DNA from: Azolla caroliniana
Lineage: Eukaryota > Plantae > Polypodiophyta
Assembly (NCBI GenBank): GCA_043228905.1
Contig: JBHGNT010000015.1
Location: 620,001-684,000 of the forward strand
Length of the DNA: 64,000 nt
Reading direction: 5' to 3'
Positions 12,240 through 25,624 of this stretch are shown here, piece after piece (positions within the stretch are counted from its first letter, which is position 1; every line of letters starts with the position of its first letter). Position numbers and translations under genes: made by a program. Below the pieces are notes generated by a model. It worked only from the letters and a program-made list of their open reading frames with translations. It was not told the DNA's origin and ran no database searches.

Positions 12240-14075
12240 AGTTATTAATTCTTAATCACACTATTGGGATAATGAATTGATCATAAAAAAAGGCCTAAAC
12301 TCTTCAATTTAGCCCCTCATCTGTCTTGTCGGGATGCCCTTGGTGTCTTCTTCTATTTATGCTACTCCCTTCTCCTCTGAGAACACAATCACTTGCCTTA
12401 GAAACTTGCAAAAAATCTCACCATTAGCTTCAAGATCAAATCTTGTCCTTGGTATAGGATCCAAATTAGAAGCGTTGATTCTAGGTGCATTACACCGAGG
12501 GCACATCTTTCTCAAAATCAAAGACATGCTTCCTTACCTTGTTCTTCCAATAAAGTAATTACAATTTGATACAAAATCAAAGTTGAACGTAACTGATGTT
12601 GTACCAAAATGCTTCATCTTTATCACAAACTTTATTCTAAACTACATGACCACTTGGTGCACATGCATGAGCTAGGAAAAGCATGCAAGCTACATATGTC
12701 CTCTCATGAGTTAATATGTCTCTCCATAACTACACCGATTCATTTTACTCCATGCACCATGAAGAAAATCTTGATTAAATAGAATCGACAACGAAAACTT
12801 GTGTCATGTGATTCGAATTGATAGCTAGGCCAACCGCCCTCTCGAGTGATGATGAAATTCTTTGACAAAAGTTGGTTCCAAGTTCGGCCACTTGATGTGT
12901 ATCCCAACCAATCCACAAGATAATACAATTTATTCTCCATTATCTTAGGGTCAAATATAGTTGCAAGTGCATATTCGGGTCCATTAGCAAGTTGAATGGA
13001 AGGTGGGGGGAACCACACAATCTAAAATATTACAAGTATCACAAGGATCCAATAGCGAACTATGAAACACTGGATAAAGCCTTGTATGTGGAAGTAGGTC
13101 AACTTTGAATGCTTTGACAATTTGAAGCAAAATTCTATATCTTGATTACTAACCTCTTTGTATATGTTTCGCCCTAAAATTCATGAAGGACATTGGGCCA
13201 CATGCATGAGCATGGAATGCATGCAAGCTACATGTCCTCTTATGAGTAATCATGTATACATAACATAGGGCCAATAATGATTTGCAACTTGGTCTATGTT
13301 CCACAAGGTCATGGATTGAAGTCTCTTGCACGTAGATTAAGTTTTTCACAGTTGGGTTGCCACAATGGTCTACATTCTACCTCTTCCTCTTTGGTTTTTC
13401 TTTTCCTTCCACATAGACATACATCCTTAATGCCAATACAAATACCAATACCACCATCAATCAAATGGGTAAGAAATGACACACTCATATTGGGATGAAA
13501 CAGTAAGCGTACATTTTACATCATGAATCGATGTATGATTGCAACAGTACATAATGTGACTCCACATGATTGCTTCTATAGAAGGAAGCCAAACCTCTAG
13601 CATTGCAAAAGGTTTGGATGCATTGCATATGTGCATGCCCAAGATGACATATAGACCAATCTTGATCCCGAGTTAAAAAAGTGCACGAGGCATCCTTCTC
13701 TGAAGTTGGCTGTAACTACTGCATTTGAGGATAACATTGACACTGAACACATGACCATGCCCAGATTATGGCATTGATGAGTAGCCCAAACAAGCTATCT
13801 AGCATTCACCCCAGTATTGTGGGAGAGGAACCACACTATATTAACTCAACATGCTTGATTTTGTGAATTGATGATGGGTTCCATGAGCATATTGTGAGGA
13901 CACCTAGCATAAAAAAGAACCTACAAAAGGCAAAAGAGGAATCTTGAAATGTCACTCTTGAGAGGAATCTAGTTGTGTGATTCAACTACAACAACATGGC
14001 ACAACAATTTCTTTCATGGTGAAAGTACCTCCACACAAGAACATTGGGTCTACAATGTAAGCTCTAATACCTTTG
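12240..14075 (-). mobile_element. Degenerate Ty3/gypsy chromovirus remnant(s)
   Basis: Integrase C-terminal LYPVFHSSLL at about 13050-13090 is followed by chromodomain-like EYALATIFD...LYYLVDWLGY..GRTW (12880-12980). Degenerate PBS-like ggtattagagc near 14065. Boundaries uncertain. Confidence 0.65.
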
Positions 14076-15197
14076 TTGATTGTTACAAAACTTGGTCCCT
14101 CACCAAGGGTATCACAACCCAAAACATTCACTAGGATGAGACTTTTGCTCTTCAAGCAAAGACAAACCGTGCAAACCTAAAAGTAGCCAATTATGATAAT
14201 GCCTAGTAAAATGCTATTGTGATAACCTTTGCAACATACAATTGGCACAACATGATAAAAACCTTGACAATGTGCATTCTCATCATGATTTAGGTCAAAA
14301 AAGAGAAGATAAATCATTGTAATGGTGTATCTCATGAGCATATACATCCCAGGTACCTTCAAATTAATGATGATAGACATGCCGAACATTATTCATGACA
14401 ACGTATGATGTGATAATACATCACATCAAGAGCACATCAATTATAATTTGACTTCAATATCAACTACTTGAATATACCCAATTTTCCACATTCTTGACTT
14501 ATAATAATGAGGAGCATTATTATTATTCATCGATGACATCCTACAACTCCTAGCCAATGGACACATTTAAGGAACAGATCTAGCCATGATGTTCTAAAAT
14601 GCTGACGACGTAGTACACTCATCATACAAAGTCACCACCCTTCAATACCTGCTCTCCATGTCGTCAAGGACTTCCACCAGACTTAACTAAAAATAACAGT
14701 GGTTAATCCAGCCTTGCTTAATGCAGTTTAGAATTATGAAACTATACACTTAAGAAGGCATTTTGAGTAGAGTAAGTGAACAGGTGTTAATATGAGGCAA
14801 CAAGATGTCTAATACAAAATCAGACACTTTTATTTCCGAAAGTGAGAACAACATCATTAATGGAGAGTCAAATTTCCCTTGATCTAAGGTTACGATGGTT
14901 AGTTACTACAGGTTGCATGAAATATTTCATCAGTACTCCAGAGTTATGTATACATTCAACAAGTAGAAAGAATGGGTCCAAACAAAGACAACCCACCAGA
15001 AAAGGTGTATTATACACACTCATAGAGATATATCCATGACGATGGTGGGCATATAGGATGTGCAGCATAGAACACAAGACAGAAATTGGTACATGGTTCA
15101 CATGCTAGTGAGAAAGGCGTGCATTTGATGGCATACCAAATCTCCTTTCAGCATTTTGTTGAAGATCAACGTTTTTATTTGGAACTGATAGTTCACA

Positions 15198-18100
15198 TCA
15201 ATCTAGCATTTTTGTCCAATCAAATGGATCCCATGCCCCTCGAAACTCTGCTGCTGCTTTTTTCTGGTGCTCATGGGAATATTGTTTTCTCCTCCTGTAC
15301 ATTTCTTCTTCCGGCAATTTCAACATGCCAATGATGACATTTCTGCCAAATTCGCTTTTGAAGTCCTTTTCATTATCAATTACATGAACATAACCTGAAT
15401 GAAGGCCAAACTCTATGTTGAAATAAGGGAAGTTCTTGGGGATGCATGCTCGTAAACCACGTCCACTGGTGTCAATCAGCTTTTTTGCATTATGCTGACT
15501 CCATTCATCCTCGGCCTCATCAATTGCCTGTAAGAAAATAACAGTCAGAACACAATATCTGATGCAATATTTTGTCTTTTGCAAATCCCTTTACCTTTTT
15601 AAAATATAGAGGTGCCTGCTTTGCTACATCAGGAGGTACAGGGATGCATTCTATCAAACAATGGCGGCGCTGCCGTGCCAAATGCATCGCTGTCTCCATG
15701 AAAAGAACTTCTTCGTTTCGACTCGCAAACATTTGAAGAAGGCATTTTTTGAAGTTTCGAAGTTCTTCCCATATAGAGTCATCTACATTTCGAGAAGATG
15801 TTTCATGCTGGAATTCAAAATATATGTATGGTAGTTAGCATGGAGTAAAAAAATCACATGATTCAAAAAAGAATATAAAGAACTGACTATCATTTCATAA
15901 AAACATAAGATAAGGGCAAGATGATTTGTAATCAATGCAAGAGACATGCAATTGACAGCAACATTTTACAAATTATCCAATTCGAGGTTGTATGTAGAAT
16001 AAAACACCAAAGCTGCCTTTTAGATGTTGATGTCACCTAGCAAATATTGCAGAGCAGATGTTCATCTTTAAAATCCACCCTATCTCAAACAAATAACAGA
16101 TATAGGCTTTCGTAAAGTCATTTTCTGTTTCAATACCTGTCCACCCAGATTGCAGTATGGAAAAGAAAATAGCATGCATACAGATTGCAGTATGGAAAAT
16201 GAACTAAAAAGTTCATAAATGTAAGCAACCAAGTAATTATTTGTGTTGTTTTTCATATGACTTGGTTTTTCGTGAATGTACCTGCATGGGAACAATAAGG
16301 CAATGCCCTTCTACAAGGGGCTCCCATGGTGTCATCATCAAGTAGCAATAATTCCCTATGGAAATAGTCAGATGAGTAGAACGTGATGGATTGTTGAAAC
16401 AGAACTGGCAACGCTCTTCTTGAGTAATGATTCGCTTGTGAGACTGGATTGCTCGCTTGGCTTCTATATCCCTCGGATCCTTCGATCCCTTTTTCTTTGA
16501 TTTCTTCAATTTTGAATCTTCAAAATGACCACTTCCAAACTCATATTCATCATCTACACAAGTCAATGAGCTGTATTTCTTATTCTGCACGATGCTTTCC
16601 ATCAAACCATCATCACCACTCTTGTTCTTATTTGATCTATGTTGATAATCACCGATTATACTTTTCAAACTTTGGTTGTACTTTGGAGGGTTCATGTCAT
16701 CCTGCACGCTGCATGTCGTAGATCAAATTAATTTTAAAGAGTGACATTTTTCAAATAAACCTTTTCTGATGAAATGCAAGAAAAAAATGGCCCTCTGGAA
16801 GGGTAACATATCTTTTAAATCTGTGGATGTGATTGGACAACATAGCAAATAGAAAAGATAATTAAAGACAGCTAGCTCAATCTTACCCTGACTTGGTGAC
16901 ATTGTTCCCCAGCTCTGTAATCTGGACTTCCTTTTTCATATTTTCTAACTGCTTCTACAAACCAAAATTCTCTGTTAGGCTAAAGCGGACAATGTTGATA
17001 AATACAGTTAAATGCTTTTAATGCATGTTAAACTTTGGTAAATTAACCCTTTCTTACACTTTTAATGATTCATATATAGAAGCTATGGTATTAACAAAAA
17101 AATACATGATCAGGAAATTCATAATACTCTTATATGAATTTACTTTCCAAATAGTACTAGAAATTTAAGTACATCACTAACTCATTTGTGTAATATGTCT
17201 TACAGTTCTTATTAATTACTTGTGAGATTGGGTACAATTGGTTTGGATTTACAAATATGATATGCAGTTTCAGAAAAAAAAAAAAGGTTTTAGAAAATAA
17301 CTAACTTGAATCTGCTCTGCTTCTTTGATCTTCCCAGACAACCGAAGTTGCAAAGCTTTTGCAGCTAGTTGATTTGCAGTCATGCCCACAGTTGATATGG
17401 AACCGACATTCAATGGCCTTACTTCACCTTGTACATCTGCATTCTGGCTATCAGGATTACACATAGTCTCAGCGTGTGTCTTTGTTGCAGAGGCTTGAAA
17501 AGACTGTAAAAAGCTTCCATCATTTTTGAACTCATTCATGCTTGCCGCAGCTGCTTGGAAAATTTCAGTATTTTCCACAAGCATTGAATTCGTTTTCTTT
17601 TTTTTCCATGATAAGGATTCCGATTCCCGAGGTACCCTCATTCTCATATCATGGGTCCGAACATCTTTTAGGTAGTCCCGGTTAGAAGATCTTTCTATAT
17701 CCTTATCGTGTTCTTTAACGTGTTCTTTAACACGTTCTTCCAACTTCATATCGCCAGTGCTGTGCTTCCTGTCTCTTATTGCATGCAAATGAGCATGTGA
17801 ATGTGCTACCTTTTTCCCTGCAATATTTGCAGTCATCTCAGCGATGGAACCCCAACGCTCCTCGACAACCTGCATAACCAGAGCGAATTATTTAACTGTG
17901 TTAAAGAAACAAATTGCATGGCCACTCAAAAAAGAAAAGAGTTGTACCAAATTTTCTTCCACAGAAATGTACTGCCCACCCACATTCTATACAGATTTCC
18001 ATTGGAGCAAACATGAGGCCCGCGTTTAATGCAAACTAATTATGGCGCTCACACATACAGAATGAGGTTATATGCTGAATCCCAAGTATGCAGCTCATGT

Positions 18101-20686
18101 GTATGCAACCTGTTCCTCTCCTTATAAGATTTCTGGTTCTGATCTTGTTATCCATGCTTGAGAGGTGTTAAACATCATCACTTTACTGTAATGAAGGTTT
18201 ACCAGCAAACTTTTGTCTGCACAAAATGCTTTTAAATTGTTTAGATGTCTTTATTGTCCCTCTGGAGAGTCGGAGATCAACACTATGTCATCAGCATATA
18301 ATAATATCTGTATGGCTATAGCCACTAAACTAAGCATGCGCTTGAAACACCCAATACCTCCATGTAATGTGATTCTTGTTTTACTCCCATCATGCAAGCC
18401 ACAACTGCTAACAACCCATTGGAGATCACACTTTTCTCGACACAGATTCACACAGTGCATAGATTCCCCATTGCATAGATATGGGGATGCCCACCTGCTG
18501 CATGAGCCAAACACATGGTACAATTTCAAAGGCTTTGTGAAATCCACAAAGCAATAAAAAATCCTCTTTTTATTATCTTTGCTCTCCTCAATAAAGGCTC
18601 AGAGTGTCAATATTGATCCAAAGTTGTGAACCCATTCCTCTCTAGACAAACTCAATTGTGACTCTAGGATCGGATAATATAGTTAGCCAAGTAATAACCA
18701 ACCACCGATCATGATTTTCCAATAATTGCTCGCTATCATGGCGTCTTTGCTCTTGAAGATTGGTAGAATGGTATGTTTTTTCCAGCTAGTATGGAACATA
18801 GCTCTATTAAAATGTGTGCCAGGAACAAGAGCATGGTGTCATGGGCATGGATAAAGTGTTCACCTACAAATTCATCATGATCTTGGGCCTTTCCAATTTG
18901 TAACCAATCAACGGCATTTCTTACATTTTGTGGAATTAAAGGGTAGATTCATGAAGTAACAAATAAAACATAAAAGATCCTTGAAGGGCATAATAACTTC
19001 TCTTATCAACCTAGCTCTATTATATTTTATAAAAAACATTTAATAATTACAGCGTTTAGTTCCTGAAACTAAGTTATCTGCCTAGTCAAAATGCAGCAGG
19101 CAACCACTCAAAGCATCAGAAGGAAAATAGGATGAGTATTGATAAGCTCTCAATGGAAGCCCTGCTAGATGTCAGCTATAACACTAGCTATCCTAATCTG
19201 CACACTAGATCTTCATCGACTCATCTCCCAGGATGGATGAACAGAAAGATAAAGAATGGGCTTAAATCCAGACCTTGTGAAGAGTGCGCCCTTCTCTTTC
19301 AGCTTGTTCCTTAGCTCTCTTCAAAGCTTTCAGTCTCCAACTAAGACCACCATCACCAACAACTGCATGGCTACTCTGGGGGAAATTCAAGGTCTCCACA
19401 TTTTCTGGCGGATGGCCGTCTCCACCATCTTTCATGTACGGATTGAGTTCCTTGGGGTTTACTTGAAACTTCTACATAAATAATCAAATAAGCACAAATA
19501 ATTACAAGCCAATAATGTGTATAAATCAGCAAAAAAATTTACCTCTTCAATTTCAGTTTCAAAAGCAACTGGCCCTTTCTCAATCTCCACTACTTGAGGT
19601 GCTTCCACCATCCATTCCAAGCCCATTGATTTACGGGCTTCAATGGCTCTCTTCTTGTCACCAGTACGTTTTGCATCATCGTCAGAACTTTCTATAAAAT
19701 TTACAAAACTAAAGTTCGTTACATAATTTCAAAATCAAAATGGGAAAAAGCATGTGGAACTTCAGAATAAGGAACACATTGGCATATAAATTTTGCAAGA
19801 AACCACTAATATATCTCTTTTATTGCATTTTTCCAGTAGATTTGCATGAAACCCACCTTGATTGTAAATTTAGTAACTTGGTATAATCATTCAGATATAT
19901 CTTGAATATTATTCTCATACCCCATTGTCAATCACTTACATTTGCTAGTTGGAGAAACGGTGTTTTAATTTTCGTTTTTACTCATCTGTAATAGCTATAC
20001 TATAGATTCTTTTTCATCCCAGTATGTATGAAGATCAAAATACTCGTTACCTGCCTCTCTCTCTTTCACACCATTATTAAGTCCTTTCATCAGTGTAGTT
20101 TTTGTCTTAGTTTATTGAACTCCCACCATATCTACCTCAGGTTGAGTCCTTTCAACAAGGTAATTTTGAGTCTTAAATATAATGAATTCCCTCCATTATG
20201 CTTTTAGCCATGAATTCTCTATTATCATTATTGAACCATTTTTCATCCTTCATCCTAGAGGTTTCTTAAGACTTCGTCATTCCCCTATGTTTCTTACTCT
20301 CATATCCCCAAGAAATTGAATAATGCATGCAACCATGCAGATAGAGTTTATTACTCAAATGTAATTTTTGTTCTTCAAACCTAGAATCCCTATAATAATG
20401 CAAAGAAAAATGTAGAGTTTCTACCTGAAGAAGAAGAAGAAGTTTTCTTCTTCCTTCTCTTGGATTTATTCTTCTCCCGCCTTTTTCCATGCTCTTTAGA
20501 TGATTTCCTTCCTTCTTCTCGGGATCTTTTCGGTGACTATTTGAATTACATACCATTCAGTATTTGTTTTGTAAAAGAAAACTTTCAAGAACAATGTGGA
20601 AAATTTGAGACAAAGAAAATGATTCTCACATGCTCTCTGTTTGATGTAGCCTTCTCACGGGAAACAATGCGTAAACCGCTCAACAT
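15198..20686 (-). CDS. CWF19L2: CWF19-like protein 2 (CwfJ family spliceosome-associated factor), 9 coding exons
   Basis: Exons approx. 20686-20630 (MLSGLRIVSRE), 20536-20425 (K/R-rich), 19691-19543 (GLEWM), 19471-19274 (ELNPY...GDGGLSWRLKALKRAKEQAEREGR), 17869-17306, 16955-16888, 16708-16282 (CQFC, GHCLIVPMQ), 15808-15595, 15527-15198 (WSQH, PYFNIEFG, FDWTKMLD*). All are GT-AG. Confidence 0.92.
18190..18920 (-). mobile_element. RTE-like LINE RT fragment within a CWF19L2 intron
   Basis: FYCFVDFTK, ILLYADDIVLISDSPEG and LLVNL motifs, with frameshifts. Confidence 0.75.
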
Positions 20687-21147
20687 GCTTGAGTTTCTGT
20701 ACATGCATAAAGATGTATCAGTGTGGACATTCATTGCCTGATGAACATAGTTATGACAAATGAAAATTCTATTACTTCTTTATAGACTTCCCAAACAAGG
20801 TAAGGGTGTTATGCCTAGCCTGCCAAAATTGATGTAGTTTTTCACCAATGGAGACAATGTTGAAGTTTCTAATTCTAAACGGTCTTAAATGCTAATCAGT
20901 GCATAGAAATAGGCCATCAGTATAGGCACTCTCCTATTTGTTCATTAATTGTATCTCTCTTTCAACCTTGCAGCAAAAGATGGAAAAAATAGGAGGAAAT
21001 TTTCTGAAGTCAAAGGGAGCCAGCAATGGTGAAAATGAGAAGGAAGATCCTGCACTCAATAATCAAAACAAAAACTCAATTGAACAAAACAAATAAGTTA
21101 AAATAATGGGACATTTATCTTTTTGGAAGGAAAAAGAGAAGTTCACT

Positions 21148-21527
21148 AAGTTCTCCATTCAAATGCATATTGTTAAACCCAAAATCAACAGCTCTAAGCT
21201 GCACGAGAGAAAAAAACATTCTGGTTGAAGCAATGCTTGGTGACACGACAAAGAGTGGATGTGGTTCGATTTTCTATGTGAAAAAATATCACAATAAGGA
21301 CACCACCAAACTAATGGTCCAATTTTCTCCTGCCCCAAGTTCTCCATTCAAATGCATATAGTTAAACCCAAAACTAACAGCTCTAAGCTGCATGAGAGAA
21401 AAAAACATTCTGGTTGAAGCAATGCTTGGTGACATGACAAAGAGTAGATGTGGTTCGATTTTCTATGTGAAAAATATCCCAATAAGGACACCACCAAACT
21501 AATGGTCCAATTTTCTCCTGCTCCAAG
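21148..21527. repeat. Two-copy tandem duplication, unit about 190 bp
   Basis: aagttctccattcaaatgcata...aatggtccaattttctcctg repeated with few mismatches. Confidence 0.9.
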
Positions 21528-21989
21528 TCCAACATTACAAATAGGTGGTATAAAAATGAACCTCTTGGCCTCCTCCTTTCAACTGTTATCAGAAAGATGT
21601 TATAAACTTATATGTCACGTGACAAAAGGGATGCATAACAAAAAGAGAGTGTTGCTGCTGATTCAGTTCTCCAAGAGCTTCAATTCATGCTTCTTCGAGA
21701 AGTTTCATTGTGAGAACAGGTCCAAAATATGAGGAACCCATAAGTATCTATTGTTTGCAAGTATTCCAGTGTAGGAAAACTTCATTACAACGTCATATGC
21801 AGATCCAGTTCAAAATTGTTCCACATATTCCCCTTGGAGCCTATAACCCTCCTATGGTGGTTATTTTCACATAATAGCAATTTTTCTAATTGTTCTAATT
21901 AAATTTCATTTTTCTGGTATTTAATTATTCATTTTTGGTGAAAATTGCCCAACACTACAAGTGATCTTAGATCATTCTGCGAGATCAGA

Positions 21990-22870
21990 AGACTTGAAGA
22001 CCCAAGATTTGATTTATGGAGGGTTAAGATATGTGGCATATTACTTAGGAATGTGACCATGCTATGGCAAGTGTCAAGCCAACTACTTTGACAAACCTTA
22101 TATGATCTAATTTGAATAGGAAATCATTGCATATACTCCAACGATTGTAACACATGAGAGTTTTGTGACCCTCAAGGATCACAATGCTGCATATGAAGTT
22201 TGGGAAAAGTTAAAAGCAACATATGAAAACACTACACCTCATTGAATTCATTTGATGAGAAAGCTAGTGTACAGGCAGTTGGATTAATGAGAGACTGCTA
22301 AATAGCACATATCCACTTTCATTGACATATTGAAATCATTTGCCAGATTTAGGCCTGCAAGGCTTTGATGATAGGCAAAATGACATATTCCTTATAATGA
22401 CTCTTCTTGACTAGTGGGAGACATTTGTAGTCTCTTGGTCTAATAACAACATTATGATTGATGGGGCTAAAGCCTCTATCTTGAATGAAGTGATAAGATG
22501 GGACGTCAAGAGTAGTGGTTTTACAAAAAATTAATAAGAGCAAGAGCAAAGGCAAGTCTAATGTTACATGCTACTAATTTGGTAAGGAAGGCCACAGGAA
22601 GCATGATTGCATGTGCTTTAAGAAAGGACTTGAACATGGAAAGAACGAAAATGACAAGAAGGATGCAAAAAAGACCAACTATGGTGATACAAATATGATC
22701 ATTGTCTTCAGATGACACTTCGACACTCCATGTGCAAGATATGCAAATTGCTGAATGTGATATTATTGATGCATTGCTCATTGTTAATGATGAATGGAAT
22801 CTAACCTAGATTGTAGACTCAGGTGCCTCATTCCATGTGACTCCTACGAAGGAGTGCTTTGCCACTTTTC
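21990..22870 (+). mobile_element. Highly degenerate copia gag-protease fragment
   Basis: AYEVWEKLKATYE at about 22190 and protease motif (W)IVDSGASFHVTP at about 22807-22845. Confidence 0.65.
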
Positions 22871-23803
22871 CACATAACCAACAACCAATTATGGGGATAA
22901 AACAGTTAAAATCACCAACAAGATTTGCTTTTCATTGTCAGCTTTTATATTTTTGTTGTGTACTACCATTCTAAAAATGCCCCAGAAACATGTCTGGTAA
23001 GAGTTTCTTTTTGTAACCATATCATCCATGGGTCACGTTTGCCTCTAGTGGAGGTTAATATATCGTCATCATAATAGTCTCTCAACATCAAATAGGGGAG
23101 AAGCCAAGATGACTTGGTATTGTTTGAGTACATGAACCATACATTTGAGGAATATTTGCTAAAGATGCTCTTTGAGTCTACTTGCATCTACTCTTGCATC
23201 ATAGATGAGTTTATCTAGTCTATTTATTTTTCTCTTCATGGAAATTTGGGGTTTTATTTCCTTTCTCTTTTTCTTAATATCTTAATAGTGAATACAACCA
23301 TTTATTTGATTCTCTCCTCTTTTGACTAAATTTTGAGAAGCTTTGCATCATTCATTGGTTTGCTCATTCTTGCTCCTCCTTTGCCATGGAATTAGTCTTA
23401 TTATTTATTATGTTCTCTCTTCCCCCTTATTGAATCCTTAGGGCGGGCAGGTTGTGAAGAAAAGCTTGCCAAAACCAATCTTATCATGTATTTTTTCCAG
23501 CTATATATATGAAAAATCAGTCTTTCAAGATCTTTACCTATATCCACGTTGAATACAGTTTGTTCATTTCTCCACAAACCTAAATTTTGAATGTTCCAAA
23601 ACTAGATTCTCATGACATAGATATAGATACAAAAGAAACACCAGTTTATGTTAGAAAAATAATGGGAAACAACAAATCTAGCAATGATTTTGTGGTGTTT
23701 GAGGAAATTATTTTTTTTCATCCCTCAAATGTGAAGCTTGATTACCCCTCGTTTAGATATCGAGTCAATTTTGTTTCTTTCATTTCCATTTCTTAGAGAT
23801 TAT

Positions 23804-23854
<51 letters not shown>

Positions 23855-23946
23855 CGTGAGGTTTTCAAATTACAGAACGGCATGCAAGGGTGTGTGTGTG
23901 TGTGTATTAACCAGTTTCGGTGTGGCCAGACCCTCTCTCTCTCTCT

Positions 23947-24012
23947 AGGCTTAACCTAGTGGAAAGCTATTAGGCTATAAACATAAGGTCCTGGGTTCGA
24001 ATCCATGCTTGA
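23947..24012 (+). other. tRNA-derived sequence (SINE head or tRNA pseudogene)
   Basis: A-box-like taacctagtgg and B-box ggttcgaatcc at tRNA-like spacing. No clean acceptor stem. Confidence 0.45.
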
Positions 24013-24074
24013 ACTAACGACCTCACGATACCCAAAACGATTGATACAACTCTCTCTGTGCACATATAAATTAC

Positions 24075-24191
24075 CTCTATGTCTCCAAGCAGCAGCTCCC
24101 AGGATTTCCTCTATTTCTTCTGTGTGGAGAGAGCATGCGTGACGCACGAGAGCCGCACTTCCTCTGAGATCTTCACGCCAGCCAGCGACAT
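24075..24191 (-). pseudogene. Duplicated BRCC36 exon 1 with premature stop
   Basis: Reads MSLAGVKISEEVRLSCVTHALSTQKK*RKSWELLLGDIE|gtaat. The flanking 5'UTR (24192-24335) and intron (about 23150-23600) resemble 8178-8365 and 7150-7600. Confidence 0.85.
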
Positions 24192-24896
24192 GGCTATCTT
24201 CCAATTCAAAGCAAAACACTCCTCAGTCTCTGTATTTCTCTCTCTCTCTCAATCTCTGTGTTATGTATACATATATACAAGAGAGAATTCATGAACAAAG
24301 ACTTTATTTATTTCCACAACATACCCTTCACCATCTTGTATGTGTGAGAGATCTCATGAATAAAGGCTTTATTTATTTCCACAACATGCCCTTCACCATC
24401 TTGTATGTGTGAGGTGGATTCTATGGTCTGCTCCGGTTTGGTTTGGTCTGGTCACCTACATCCTTTCTCTCCCTTTCCACAGTTAAAACCAAAGGAGAGG
24501 GCCATCCAAGTACATACTTAAAGGAAATTAGGGTTCTCAAATAAGTAAATGGAAATCACATGATATCATATTGTCGATTCCGCAAAGCCTTTGACATTGT
24601 CCATAGAGGGCAATTGTTTGATAGGCTTAAATTCTTGGAGATATCAGATGACATTATTTGGGCCATCTATGCTTTCTATGAGCAAGTCTTTGGGTGCATA
24701 CGATGTTCGGGCGGTCTATCCAATTGCTTCACTAACACCATTGGTGTAAAACAAGGTTGTCCCCTATAACCGATTCTTTTTGGGATCTACATTGATGAGA
24801 TTACAAATTTTATTGCTCATAAGTGTTGGGAGACAGGTCCCTCCGGATGGGAAGGAAGAAGAACAGTGCCGACGAACAAACTCGGCCGAGGCCGAA

Positions 24897-25122
24897 ACGG
24901 TATGAGGAGTACCCGGCTACAGAGAGCCGGATGATACAGTCCCGGTGAAGACCGGATGAGGAGTACCCGGCTACGGAGAGCCGGATGATACAGTCCCGGT
25001 AAAGACCGGATGAGGAGTATTCGGCTATGGAGAGCCGGATGATACAGGCCCGGTATGAACCGGATGAGGAGTACCCGGCTACGGAGAGCCGGATGGTGCA
25101 AAACCGGTGAGAACCGGATGAA
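24897..25122 (+). repeat. 54-bp tandem repeat (about 4 copies) inside the element A LTR; the same array is at about 29733-29948
   Basis: Unit accggatgaggagtacccggctacggagagccggatgatacagtcccggtgaag. Confidence 0.92.
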
Positions 25123-25288
25123 GAGACATATTCGTAAATATGTTTCTGAGAGCCCATCGAGGCTACATTTGTAAATAACCGAAAAGTCATATTAGTATAA
25201 ATATGACTTAGGGCAAACTTTTTTAGTAACTGTTGTTGTTGTCATTCTTCCTTGTTGGTGCAAGAAGAAGAGAGAGCACGTAATAGTG

Positions 25289-25327
<39 letters not shown>

Positions 25328-25624
25328 CGTTGCCTCTATTGTAACCGCCGCGTGTGGCGAAGATTTGTGAGCACGAGGTCGTTGCCTCAGTGAACTCACT
25401 GTTGTACATTCTCACATAGTGACAGTTTGCAGCCTGTGGGCTGCCGTGGTTTTTTTCCCTCTTTGGGTTTTCCACGTAAACCTGTTGTGTATCTTCCTCT
25501 CCTTTGTGTCGTGTTTTATTTCCCGTTTTCTGTGTATCATTCTACGCTCGGTTGTGGCCGAGCGTCGCACATAAGGAACGTCGGGTTCCTGTCAAGTGGT
25601 ATCAGAGCGAAATCGACACAGAAA

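Noticed and set aside
24897-25122. CRISPR-like array
   Set aside because: Head-to-tail tandem units with no unique spacers, inside a eukaryotic LTR, and no cas genes.
24810-25190. Minus-strand ORFs with repeated CIIRLSVAGYSSSG or YHPALRSRVLLIR (also 29559-29954)
   Set aside because: By-product of the 54-bp (18-codon) LTR repeat, with no independent coding evidence.
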